From NCBI GenBank assembly GCA_903916325.1, contig CAIWWK010000098.1:1-50816 (forward strand): a stretch of DNA of 50,816 nucleotides. The letters run 5' to 3'. The notes under the pieces were generated by a model, which saw only the letters and a program-made list of their open reading frames with translations, made no database searches and was not told the DNA's origin. The translations under genes and the position numbers were made by a program. The DNA comes from Candidatus Firestoneibacteriota bacterium. Lineage in GTDB: Bacteria; Oederibacteriota; D2-FULL-39-29; CAIOVX01. This document shows positions 30,501 to 36,643 of this stretch, piece by piece. How positions within the stretch are numbered: position 1 is the stretch's first letter; every line of letters begins with the position of its first letter.

Positions 30501-33500
30501 GGTCAAACCCCAGTCAACTATAGCGTCAGCGGGTTCGTCGGTTTCCCAGTAAATTGTCTCCTGCGTGTCCGTGTAGCCCGTTACCCCTGAAGCCGCTATA
30601 TTTGTTATGGCCGGCGGAGTTGTATCAACCTGCGGATTCTGCGGCAGCCTGTAAATAGGGTCTCCGAAAAACGCCTGAGTCCAATTTAAGTCCGGCATTG
30701 ACATAAAACAGGCTTCGGCAAAAGTGTAACCCTGAAGGAATGCCTGGTCAAAAACACTGTTATAACTGTAGCCGGTGAGATAGGGTTCTGCTGTCGCTCC
30801 AAGCGTTGCAGTGAATCCTTGAAGCAGCATGCGGTTTGTGTACCAGGCGCCGGTCTGCTCCATATTGACCTGCCTGATCTGGTTTGCGGTATATGAGGAG
30901 GAATGGAATCCTACCGCTCCAACCATCGGAGCAAAACAATCGGCATTGACCCCCGTATAATTGCCGTTATATAAAATCATATTGGGACAATATGTCAGCG
31001 AAGGAAATTGACCGAAGAGCCCGCCGTTGGTGTCATAAACATTTTTATATCCAAAAGCATTAAACAATCCCTGGCATTGCACAAGGTTCCACGGAGCGCT
31101 GCTGGCCAGGCCTGCATTATCCACATAGGCAACCCCGCTAGCCGGCAAACCATATTTTTCCGCGTATACCGCCTTATCAACCATCGCAAGACAGATTTCC
31201 GTCGTAGGGCCGTCCAGATGGGTAATCAGGTAGAATGTGTTTGAACCGGAACATACCGGGGAACTGAACCTGTATTCTTTCTGCAAATATGGATTTGAAG
31301 AAAAACTGCCGTAAGGATCGCAGAGATAGGAGTCGATTGCGTTGCTGTCCACCCTATATGGAAGCCCCTTCGCGATTACAATATACCTGACCGTGTTTTT
31401 CAGCGCGCTGCCGTTCGCGTTGAGAGCCGCCAATAGTTGATTTTTTATGGCGAGGTAATCGGCGCCCGTGGAAACAACATTGTCAACCTGGTAGGCGGAA
31501 TAATCGCTGATACCGGTGACCGTGACCACATTTCCCGCCGGAATGTTCCTTTTCTTCGCATAATAATTCGCAATAGTCAAAGATGTCGGACTGTTGGCAT
31601 TGGCCATGATGAGCACCTGGCTCGGGTCTATTGTTGTGTAGTTCGCCGGGACGACAGGCGTCGTGAAATCAGGCCCTGCGCCGGAGCCCCAGGCGTTTGA
31701 ATACCTCAGCCTGTAATGATAGGTGTTTCCGGCGGCAAGTCCGCTCAGCCTGACGGCAAAACCCTGAGAAGAAGTAATCGCGGTAGTCTGCATGCCGTAA
31801 GAGGTTGTAGTCCCGTATTCGACAGTGCAGGTAAAAACGCTTCCGTTGCAGCCGCCCGGCAAACCATAGAGCATCTCGCAGTTTGTCAGATACTTAATGG
31901 AGGCCTTTGAGGTGTCCCAGCCGTCAAACATAAATCGCTTGTCGCTGCCCGCGTAGGCATTGTGGCTTGAGTATTCCCCGTACATAGACTCAAACCCACC
32001 CGGGATGCTGAGGTAATTGCCTTTGGTCTGGCCGCTTCCCCCGGTTGAACAGGGCTGGAAGGCATAAGCGTAGGAACCCAGGGAAGCCGAAATCGCGACT
32101 GAGTGGTTCGTCACCAGCGCCGAATCCGTGACACTGCTCTCGGCAGACCAGGCAAAAGTTGACATTTCCACAAAATTTTTATAATTAAGCTGGCTTGAGG
32201 ACGGAATATCGGTATTCCAGGTAACGGTCAAAGTCGAAGAATTGCCGGTGGACCATTGCACATTGGAAATAGTGGGGGCAACATTAGGGATAACAGTGCC
32301 AGTAGCCACATTTGTGACGCCGTTGTCCACGATTACTGAACCTGACAAATTTTTGATGCCGGTCGCTTTTATGGAAAAGGTTGTTCCCGAGGTCAAGGTA
32401 AGCCCGCTGATAGTCACCGTGTTTGTGGCGCCATTTAAGGTTATTACAGCCCCGGAAAGAGAGACCGGCGTGCCGAGAGGGCACTGAAGGCTATAATTGG
32501 CTTTATTGACCGCATCAGTTGAATTCAAGCCCGTGTTGAATAACAGCAAAACAGCGGCGGTTGTCGCCTGCCCGTTAACAATGGCCGGCGGCGCATTATA
32601 GCCTCTCGCCCCGTATACTATTCCGTTCCCGCTCCTGTAATCCACCCATGACATCAGGGAATCACCTGCTCCGTCAGGCGCTAAAACACCGGAATCCCTG
32701 CTCCCTGCATCGTTGCAGATAGTGGCTCCTGCCTGGCCCCAGAGCAGATTCCCGGAGGCGTCTATTTTTTGCCCCTGGGCTGTGAGACCATCACTAAAAG
32801 ATATTACCGCCCCGCCCGCGCCGTCAGAGACAAGACCGGCATACCACTGATTCTTCCCGTTGTTTGAAACCGCGACGCCTCCCGCAGGCCAGCCAGTGGC
32901 AACGGCGCCGTTCACATCAAGTTTCAGCACATAAAGACTCGTAAAAGCGCCGCCGGTATCCCAACAAATAATCGTTTCTCCGGGCAGGCCCTGAAGCAAT
33001 AGCGGGTCTTGCTGGTTTCCTGACGCGGTGCAGACCGCGCTTCCTCCCGAAGCCCACTTCACGTCGCCTGCTGAATCAACCTTCTGCGCGTAAACATCCC
33101 ACCCTGTGGTTAGCGGAGTGTAAACGCTCCAGGCTAATACTCCCCCTCCGCTGCCGTCTCCGAGCAGGTTGGACCCGTACACTTGATTTGAACTGGTAAC
33201 AACTGTGGTATTGACAGACCAGGTTGCCGCTCCGGAAGCCGGGCCTAAATGCTGCATCAGGTATATGTAGCCCCCTGAATATATCTTCCAGGTTACCACC
33301 GCTCCGCCGGCCCCGTCGCTTTTTATCCGTCCTTCGCTCGGGGTGCCAGTATTGCTGATAGTTACCCCGCCTGCCGTCCAGAGCGCGTTGCCCCCGGAAT
33401 CTAATCTTTGGGCGCTCACCGTGTGCAGGGCATAGTCGCTCCAGCACAGCAGGACCCCGCCGCTGCCGTCGCTCGCTATCCAAGGATCGTTTATGCCGTT

Positions 33501-33941
33501 TGACGCGCCGCTTACCGCTATCCCGTCCGCCGCCCATTTTACATTTCCGGAAGCATCAATCCTCTGCGCGTAAATGGCCGTGCTTGCTCCGCGGCTATCC
33601 TGCCAGGCAATAATAGCCCCCCCCGCCCCGTCTGTTACGATCACGGGCGCGTACTGATTTGCAGTCGCGCCGCAGACAACTGTTCCATCGGCGCCCCAGC
33701 CGGAAACAAGACTGCCGTTTGCATCGCGCCTTTGCGCGTAGATATCATAATTTGTGGAGCCGTTCCGCTGATCCTCCCAGACAATTATGCTCCCGCCCGC
33801 CCCGTCGCTTATCATCTGCGGGTTTGACTGGTCGGATGTAACTGTTGAGGTTAGCGGAAAGGCGGTTGACGGCCAATTGGCGTGGGATATCCCGGCTAGG
33901 GCAGAGAATATCAAACAAAGGAGAGAAAACCTCTTCATCAT
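18534..33941 (-). CDS. Giant (~5,135 aa) multidomain cell-surface protein/adhesin with T9SS type A-like/FlgD-Ig C-terminal domain
   Basis: Uninterrupted ORF with signal peptide (start 33941 or 33938, GGAG upstream). Contains DGAGG propeller-like repeats, Fn3-like domains, a TIGR03790-like domain, a DNRLRE-like domain, TolB/PD40 repeats, about 18 IPT/TIG-like repeats, a beta-helix and six 86-aa Ig-like repeats. C-terminus LYPNPYNP...WDGTNNSGQKVASGVY...KLAVQR. Confidence 0.9.
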   Translation of the reverse strand: MMKRFSLLCLIFSALAGISHANWPSTAFPLTSTVTSDQSNPQMISDGAGGSIIVWEDQRNGSTNYDIYAQRRDANGSLVSGWGADGTVVCGATANQYAPVIVTDGAGGAIIAWQDSRGASTAIYAQRIDASGNVKWAADGIAVSGASNGINDPWIASDGSGGVLLCWSDYALHTVSAQRLDSGGNALWTAGGVTISNTGTPSEGRIKSDGAGGAVVTWKIYSGGYIYLMQHLGPASGAATWSVNTTVVTSSNQVYGSNLLGDGSGGGVLAWSVYTPLTTGWDVYAQKVDSAGDVKWASGGSAVCTASGNQQDPLLLQGLPGETIICWDTGGAFTSLYVLKLDVNGAVATGWPAGGVAVSNNGKNQWYAGLVSDGAGGAVISFSDGLTAQGQKIDASGNLLWGQAGATICNDAGSRDSGVLAPDGAGDSLMSWVDYRSGNGIVYGARGYNAPPAIVNGQATTAAVLLLFNTGLNSTDAVNKANYSLQCPLGTPVSLSGAVITLNGATNTVTISGLTLTSGTTFSIKATGIKNLSGSVIVDNGVTNVATGTVIPNVAPTISNVQWSTGNSSTLTVTWNTDIPSSSQLNYKNFVEMSTFAWSAESSVTDSALVTNHSVAISASLGSYAYAFQPCSTGGSGQTKGNYLSIPGGFESMYGEYSSHNAYAGSDKRFMFDGWDTSKASIKYLTNCEMLYGLPGGCNGSVFTCTVEYGTTTSYGMQTTAITSSQGFAVRLSGLAAGNTYHYRLRYSNAWGSGAGPDFTTPVVPANYTTIDPSQVLIMANANSPTSLTIANYYAKKRNIPAGNVVTVTGISDYSAYQVDNVVSTGADYLAIKNQLLAALNANGSALKNTVRYIVIAKGLPYRVDSNAIDSYLCDPYGSFSSNPYLQKEYRFSSPVCSGSNTFYLITHLDGPTTEICLAMVDKAVYAEKYGLPASGVAYVDNAGLASSAPWNLVQCQGLFNAFGYKNVYDTNGGLFGQFPSLTYCPNMILYNGNYTGVNADCFAPMVGAVGFHSSSYTANQIRQVNMEQTGAWYTNRMLLQGFTATLGATAEPYLTGYSYNSVFDQAFLQGYTFAEACFMSMPDLNWTQAFFGDPIYRLPQNPQVDTTPPAITNIAASGVTGYTDTQETIYWETDEPADAIVDWGLTSAYGNTTLYDKWMSCRHTETITGLQAGTTYHFRVRSTDPAGNPQASADQTFTTTGAVSPAAPSGLGATSSDSSIILTWTANTETDLQGYKIYRSFAPGTGSKSLIASVGKVTSYTDNGLANGTPYYYMISAFDSLSEGTKSSEATATPAPLSPPANVAAVPGDSIVNLTWDPVLNPLVSGYIISRGTASGVYTTSVTRLGQTTYYRDTGTANSTTYFYAVKTIANSTSANSSEVSVTPSLGLGQPAITATVIYQQGVSPSGTYNGVAGTGTASWDPNTYNWNTGVGYGATYRIGGANDKSKREWLLRFDLGNTYNWGTITGATLALCCSTKSTADTVAARQIIDPDNLGGGFPSGWAICPFYYSTYGGNCIVSGATKAYRRSATLLSDCVYWTNTSTSSVSNNLENSCLAAETGGSQYYSATGWYNHNVTAAVESFRTGSAPNQGWLIYFNNGADLTLNTENNGSTALRPQLKVKYTVQNAGAPNNSNIAASTAMTAATISWTTDLAAKSQVEYGPSSGYGFLTLIDNNLVTTHTVVVTGLSAGSGYHYRVKSDNGSGGLGMSVDATFTTTPAPQTNQVVFDRKPNNYYESDLESEIYKINLDGSNFVRLTNNSAYDYDPSFSADGTRIVFVRADINAYGPYIYIINADGTGEKKVYTAATGTINTPVFSPNGNYMYFRWDDGASTIGLYRINSDGTNLLKLTTGSDWTLALPKPSPNGAKLLYYSAASGNGEVWVMNSDGTRVTNLSNNPAEDRDASWSPDGTRIIFTSNRNGGIQAIYRMNADGANVTLLHSISGETDYYPSYSADGAKIVFLTSPNYFYTMNSDGSNVIQLTNAGGYSTSYLRKPSMAQPQGGDLNPPVLSAVKAVSVTTSAGSIVWNTNKPSNTQAEYGLSASPYDIKTDINTTSVTAHSVALSGLLPATVYHYRVISQDAAGNLTASADNTFTTISTGPVPVINSVMPASATNSNAATFSISGYNFFGGTGSNNVSTVLLNGSTVITLSGYSVLNDSIITGAVLPRGAALGTYDLRIVNGTGISAMTAFTQFILTPPVPRIIDISPGMAVNGGAATLTVNGEGFNAGTGSNSVTCVQLTGTTGTTVTLSSYSVVSYKAMNGVVVPAGTPRGVYHLQISTSAGTSAVSNSNLFIIPPVPAVVSLNPSSGMNSAPTTIYVNGTGFFGGAGSSIVTGVKLGTLSIAFSPASDDSTLPGVVIPGVLRIGTYDISVTTLGGTGVTSAGGKYAVTTTAPLPVVTSLVPPTGSNLGPVTIGINGSNFFGGLGSSTVMAVNLGTMSLVFGAATSDSLIPGVVIPYGIQKGTYDISVTALGGTSLTSIADQYLATTTAPVPAVNSLSVSAGSTYVTVTLNVSGSGFFGSVGSSTVSSVMLGTLSLSYGPASSDSVIPGVVIPPGIALGTYDLTVTALGGTSVTSSSGKYEVFRIVPSVNGLSLNASSNLAPATLNITGSGFFGGIGVNSVNAVNIGPATLYGYSVVSDSSITGAILPAGTPAGTYDLIVTSGGAASQTSSVDKYAISAAAPTVSGLSSAAGSNLSPATITVSGSGFFGGTGSGNVYSVALGPNNISSFSVVNDSSIASVIVPPGLMTGTYDFVVTTGGGSSPTSVSDRYSVTTPLPVLTALSSSIGSGTVTLTVSGVGFFGGIGSSTVSSVKLGTNSLTFGPASSDTALPGVIIPPGIPLGSYYTQVTALGGTSVTSSAGLFTLILGVSGVSPSAITNSSANFISVTGGGFLGGVSSLRLERTSNTVGTPSTTLAASLCNYAITSFSVVSDTLINNILAPSGMTFGTYNARVVSTSNVTSQINSSSVVTVIMLPTVTALSPLTAVNTSSITISTITGTNFAVASYTSGVIVTGIAFDTTSPTVTTVFGGVGTAAITNAIFPAGVRAGIYNVLVSTWSTANAVSSTKFTVSTPAPSVASITPNNGSSSALVTVSVSGTGFFAGSNSADIVSVTLEKASGTLSTIVMSSYSVASDSSISNIIIPAGFEQGSYNLRIKNSTGTMTTALSNTSPVNASTGFMLTSAVSGPAVSAVTPNTGGSTAPATVTIAGSGFFGGTGSPNISALRLVVTSPAIATILLAPSSFTATDDATIVAVIPLGFVANAGTSSSAVTCYAQVTNGGGTNSTSAGGLFYRPAANLLQSVYEVGPGGYPFNTITSAINQMSLDGAYAADMGKPVLVRIHAGTYPETVTLNKTFGVAGGTHPLTIAGALGETAVIDGQNTRPVCITITGAQSFITFSNLSIKNAANGIGLGANATNTTYDSLTITDCLSYGINFSNLFTGGSVVTNCYFKSGALPAWGINTGAKVNTSYTTIINNIFDNTGIQMQATMMVIDGNKLFNQVIPQTASSAGTHLYVTQPTADNYIIRNNMFYNNYPSRSDGIYWSASTATNCAIYNNLFISQSRGPIYSYTNITPFKIYNNTIINGALLNTSTSTNAGSTLLNNIVCYKPVLSNQQLITLTPTSVSNTTINNNCYYIPSGVSGTGGLVSWAGTVYANIASWKASGLGGDTNSIYGDPALVNNNGATPGDYKLTRLSPAKFLGADLSSVFTTDYFGATRDVKWDAGFYESKDAPVVTGVTPVSAAQAAVTTVTITGSGFYGSVGSADVTSVAFDDAGNTQLAIIGALITDTSISGAVVPAGIAGGSYNIKVTTHIGTNSASSQKFGVIGASPVATPVITPASGTYTGAVTITISTATSSATIYYTKDGTTPNGGSTVYSGPFTQSTSATISAVGMLGGMSNSATATSIYTVTALAPVVSGLSVNNGANISPATITVSGYGFFGGAGSSVVSAVKLGTGSLPFSPASSDSTIPGVIIPAGLGLGTYDVTVTTPGGISATTSADKYTVTTPAPTVTALSANNGANTSNVTITVSGSGFFGGVGSNTVSAVMLGTTTLAYSGVSNDSTLPGVVIPSGLSAGTYDVTVTALGGTSATTSADKYTVTSLTPVPVVSGISTNSGSNLVSTSLNITGSGFFGGGSSSIVSGVTLGTTALTAYTASNDSAITGVIIPAGLTIGTYDITVTTSGGISATSSNDRFTVTTTVAAPTISAVTSPTNITTQLLTGTKATIANAIKVNGSATGVSILSSTTWQVSVNLTEGNNSFSVTALDAVGDESAATTTAITLDTIPPAVPVINAVTSPTNVTSQLLTGTKASDAAVIKVNGGTTGVSILSSTTWQASVNLNEGANSFSVTAVDAVGNSSTAATTAILLDTIPPAVPAINAVTSPTNVTTQMLTGTKVTDAAVIKVNGGTTGVSILSSTTWQAAVNLNEGVNNFSVTAVDAVGNESTAATTAITLDTIPPAVLVINAVTSPTNVTTQVLTGTKVTDAAVIKVNGGTTGVSILSSTNWQAAVNLNEGVNNFSVTALDAVGNSSTAATTAITLDTIPPAVPVINAVTSPTNVTTQMLTGTKVTDAAVIKVNGGTTGVSILSSTTWQASVNLSEGNNSFSVTALDAAGNSSTTATTAILLDTIPPSVPIISAVTSPTSITTQLLSGTKATDAASMKVNGSTTGVSIVSSTAWQKTVNLVLGVNNFSVTALDAIGNESAAATTAITVISPVPVISNLSVNTGSNLGATTISITGSGFFGGVNSNTVSSVKLGSQVIPSGPAINDSTITGVVIPLGKAVGVYDITVTALGGISITSASDRFTVTTPAPTVSSLSLTTSSNLTIVTLNVTGSGFFGGINSNTVTAITLGGAGISSFSVTADTAINNVVIPTGIAAGTYDLLVTAAGGTNASSGLQFVVTSSATTVTVSQSSTTTVTVQAADLGHGQIDVEVPAGTFTGTVTLTIKPTASIPAPDRDGLTPCVVGVEITGPVGFTPQQDITINLYYTAAEAAAYEETGFQIGYYDTINNRWVILHSTVYPAERRVEATLRHFTTFAILMMKASANLQNVNLYPNPYNPNNGVFTFANLISDCTISMYTITGIKVKSINVVAGSGITTWDGTNNSGQKVASGVYVVLIKGGGTQRMFKLAVQR
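19800..21340 (-). repeat. Six coding 258-bp (86-aa) Ig-like tandem repeats
   Basis: The TGCCAG (Trp-Gln) anchor recurs at 19903, 20161, 20419, 20677, 20935 and 21193. Confidence 0.9.
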
Positions 33942-34037
33942 AAGCTCCGCATTGTACTGCAATTTCTATAATTTAGCATAATTCCCTGCAAGCCGTTAAG
34001 TAAATATTATCACATTGCCAGACAATATTATCAATGA

Positions 34038-34065
34038 AAAAGGCCTCCGTTTCCGGAGGCCTTTT
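34038..34065. terminator. Intrinsic terminator, potentially bidirectional
   Basis: Perfect inverted repeat AAAAGGCCTCCG-tttc-CGGAGGCCTTTT downstream of the 34084-34551 gene. Confidence 0.85.
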
Positions 34066-34083
34066 AGTTTCTTTTGGATACCC

Positions 34084-34551
34084 TTACTTTACAGGTATAT
34101 CAACTACTTTCTTGAACGGCTCGCCGCACTTGGGGCAGAAGCCCGGCAGGCCGGAGGTGATATTATCCGGCACGCAGGTATAGATCACCCTGAATTTTTT
34201 GAGCTTTACGCCTTTGTCAATCGGGCAGTTCCCCGCCTTGCTGGTCGAATAGCCGCAGACCGGGCATTTGAAAGTAAAGCTCTTTGTCTGTTTGATCAGA
34301 TCCTGTTTACAGATCGGGCATTTGCCGGGCGCGAGTGATTCTATCTTTTCGTGCTTCTCGCAGCAATACCGCTCCTCTGTTACACAGTCCTTGTCTTTCA
34401 TCACAGTTTTGTCCGCTGCCTTTACTGCAGGAACAGCTGTTGAAACCGCCGCCGGGGCGGTTCCTGTTGCCGGCGCCGGAGTCTTTGCCGTCTCCGCGGA
34501 AAGAACAAACCCGAACAAAGAAACAATAACCACGACCATAAATGTTCTCAT
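34084..34551 (-). CDS. Exported protein with three heavy-metal-binding-domain-like Cys modules
   Basis: Signal peptide, Ala/Pro/Thr linker, then YCCEKH...PGKCPICK, FKCPVC...AGNCPID and YTCVPD...PGFCPKCG. Confidence 0.7.
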   Translation of the reverse strand: MRTFMVVVIVSLFGFVLSAETAKTPAPATGTAPAAVSTAVPAVKAADKTVMKDKDCVTEERYCCEKHEKIESLAPGKCPICKQDLIKQTKSFTFKCPVCGYSTSKAGNCPIDKGVKLKKFRVIYTCVPDNITSGLPGFCPKCGEPFKKVVDIPVK

Positions 34552-34563
34552 AATTTCCTCCCT

Positions 34564-35031
34564 TTACTTCCTGTCAGTTAAAGCCCTGCGTATCTCCCTG
34601 TTCACTTCTCTTTTTTTGATAGTCTCTCGCTTGTCAAAATCCTTCTTGCTGCGCCCCAGCCCTATCTCCGCTTTTACCACATTTCCTTTCAGATAGATAC
34701 GGAGAGGAACCAGCGTAAGATTTCCTTCCGTCAGCCTTCCCATCAGGCGGTTAATCTCGCGCCTGTGAAGCAGGAGTTTCCGTTTCCTTTCCGGGTCAAC
34801 ATTGTTATAACTGCCGAATGAATACGGGCTTATATGAACATTATATAGGTAGAGTTCTCCATTGTCAATGCGGGCAAATCCGTCTTTGATATTTACCTTG
34901 CCGTCCCGCGCTGACTTCACTTCTGTTCCCGTAAGAGCCAGCCCCGCCTCATACCTTTCCAGTATTGAGTAATCAAAGGTCGCCTTCCTGTTGGCAGAGA
35001 TCAGTTTCTCAATTATTTTTTCTTCGGTCAC
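34564..35031 (-). CDS. smpB: SsrA-binding protein
   Basis: NRKATFDY, EAGLALTGTEVKS, RKRKLLLHRREI, DKRETIK. Confidence 0.97.
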   Translation of the reverse strand: MTEEKIIEKLISANRKATFDYSILERYEAGLALTGTEVKSARDGKVNIKDGFARIDNGELYLYNVHISPYSFGSYNNVDPERKRKLLLHRREINRLMGRLTEGNLTLVPLRIYLKGNVVKAEIGLGRSKKDFDKRETIKKREVNREIRRALTDRK

Positions 35032-35807
35032 GCAAACCTCGTAAGAGCCGCCACGCTTTGCAGCACATAATCAGGATGAAACTTTGTTGGTATCTTTTTC
35101 AGGTCTTTCCTTGTGGTAATCCCGGTCAACACAAGCGCTGTCTTAACCCCGGCATTCCTTCCGAAGAGAATGTCGGTTTCATACCTGTCCCCTACTACAA
35201 GTGTTTCTTTGGTGCCATAACCGGTATTCTCAAGCAGCTTTTCAAGCATATATGTGCCGGGCTTCCCGACCACAAGAGCCTCTTTCCCTGACGCGGCTTC
35301 AACCGAAGCGACTATGCTCCCGCAGCCCGGGAATACCGTGTTGTTTGCTCCGGGGTAGGTAGCGTCTTTGTTTGTAGCCAGCAGGTTGGCTCCGCCCAGG
35401 ATGAATTGCTGGGCCGCGAGCAATTTTTTAAAACTGAACTGCCTGTCAAGACCCACAACGACAAAATCGATTCCTTTCACGGAGTGATTCTCACCGATTA
35501 TGAGGGTGCCGGTTTTTCTGATTTCATCCCTCAGCCCTTTCGAGCCTATTACAAATACCTTTTTTGCCTTCTTCTTCCTGAGAAATTCGCCTGCAGCATA
35601 GGCCGCACACATTATCTCTTCAAGTTTGACATTGAAACCCATTCCGCGGAGCTTCTTTTTGTACTGCTCCCTTGAAAGCAGCGCGTTATTGGTAGCATAA
35701 GTTACCTTGTGCCCTTTGTCCTGCAGGTACGCAAGTGTTTCCACAGCTCCTTTTACTACCTGGGACTCCCTGTAAATACAACCGTCAAGATCAAGAACAA
35801 AGAGCAT
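35028..35807 (-). CDS. HAD-IIA family hydrolase (NagD-like)
   Basis: DLDG, TNN, ATNKD, GKP, VGDRYETDI. Start set at ATG 35807 (TAATG overlap with the PHP gene). Confidence 0.9.
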   Translation of the reverse strand: MLFVLDLDGCIYRESQVVKGAVETLAYLQDKGHKVTYATNNALLSREQYKKKLRGMGFNVKLEEIMCAAYAAGEFLRKKKAKKVFVIGSKGLRDEIRKTGTLIIGENHSVKGIDFVVVGLDRQFSFKKLLAAQQFILGGANLLATNKDATYPGANNTVFPGCGSIVASVEAASGKEALVVGKPGTYMLEKLLENTGYGTKETLVVGDRYETDILFGRNAGVKTALVLTGITTRKDLKKIPTKFHPDYVLQSVAALTRFA

Positions 35808-36643
35808 TATCTGCCTCCGGCCTTCAGCCTTAGCTGTTCCACATATTCGTACGGGATAAGGATTGTTCCGAGGAGCATCTTGTTCTTGCTCATACCGTGA
35901 CAATCCGAACCGCCTGTCATCACCAGGCCGTTCGCCTGGGCCATGTTCCTGTACCTTTCCACAGCGGCGGTATTATGCTCTGTGTGATAGACTTCTATTC
36001 CGTCAAGGCCCATCGGTATCATACTCTTAACCAATTCGTCGTTATTGAGCACCACCGGATGCGCCAGCACGGCAACTCCGCCGGCGGCCTTTATCATCTT
36101 AATAACCTCAAGCGGACTCATTTTGTGCTTGCCAACATAAGCAGGTCCGTTTTGGCCGATGTAGCGTCTGAACGCGTCTCCGATGGTTGAGACATGCTTC
36201 GCGTCTTTCAGAGCGCGGGCGATGTGAAGCCTGCCCACGGAAGTGTAGGATTCCGTCAGCTTAAGCACATCCTCGAGTTCAAGGTTCACATTCTGCCCCT
36301 TAAGTTTCTGGATTATGAGTTTTGCCCTTTCGAGCCTTGATTCCCGGAGCATCTTTAGAGTCGCGGCAAAAGCCGGGTCCTTGTGATTGATAAAATACCC
36401 GAGGATGTGTATCTCTGCCTGGCCTTCTTCAGCGGACAGCTCTATGCCTGGAATGACTTCTATGCCTGCTTCCTTCCCGAGCAGAAGCGCCCGGTCAAGA
36501 GAATCAACCGTATCGTGATCGGTTATGCCGACCGCCGAAAGGCCGACAAGCTTGGCGTTTAGTATTACCTCGTCCGGGCTGAAAGTTGAATCCGAAGCAT
36601 TGGTGTGCACGTGCAAATCAGCGTAACCGTTTTTTATGGTCAT
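35807..36643 (-). CDS. PHP-domain phosphoesterase (YciV/TrpH-like)
   Basis: DLHVHTNASD, ITDHD, GIELS, HILGY, GRLHIA, LAHP, GGSDCHG. Confidence 0.9.
   Translation of the reverse strand: MTIKNGYADLHVHTNASDSTFSPDEVILNAKLVGLSAVGITDHDTVDSLDRALLLGKEAGIEVIPGIELSAEEGQAEIHILGYFINHKDPAFAATLKMLRESRLERAKLIIQKLKGQNVNLELEDVLKLTESYTSVGRLHIARALKDAKHVSTIGDAFRRYIGQNGPAYVGKHKMSPLEVIKMIKAAGGVAVLAHPVVLNNDELVKSMIPMGLDGIEVYHTEHNTAAVERYRNMAQANGLVMTGGSDCHGMSKNKMLLGTILIPYEYVEQLRLKAGGR

Noticed and set aside
16704-35031. Integrative island between tRNA-Leu and smpB
   Set aside because: No integrase, no duplicated tRNA 3' end noticed at the far side, and no tmRNA gene recognised
35808-35903. N-terminal extension of the HAD hydrolase
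   Set aside because: Overlaps the PHP gene; DxDG motif position and the TAATG overlap support ATG 35807
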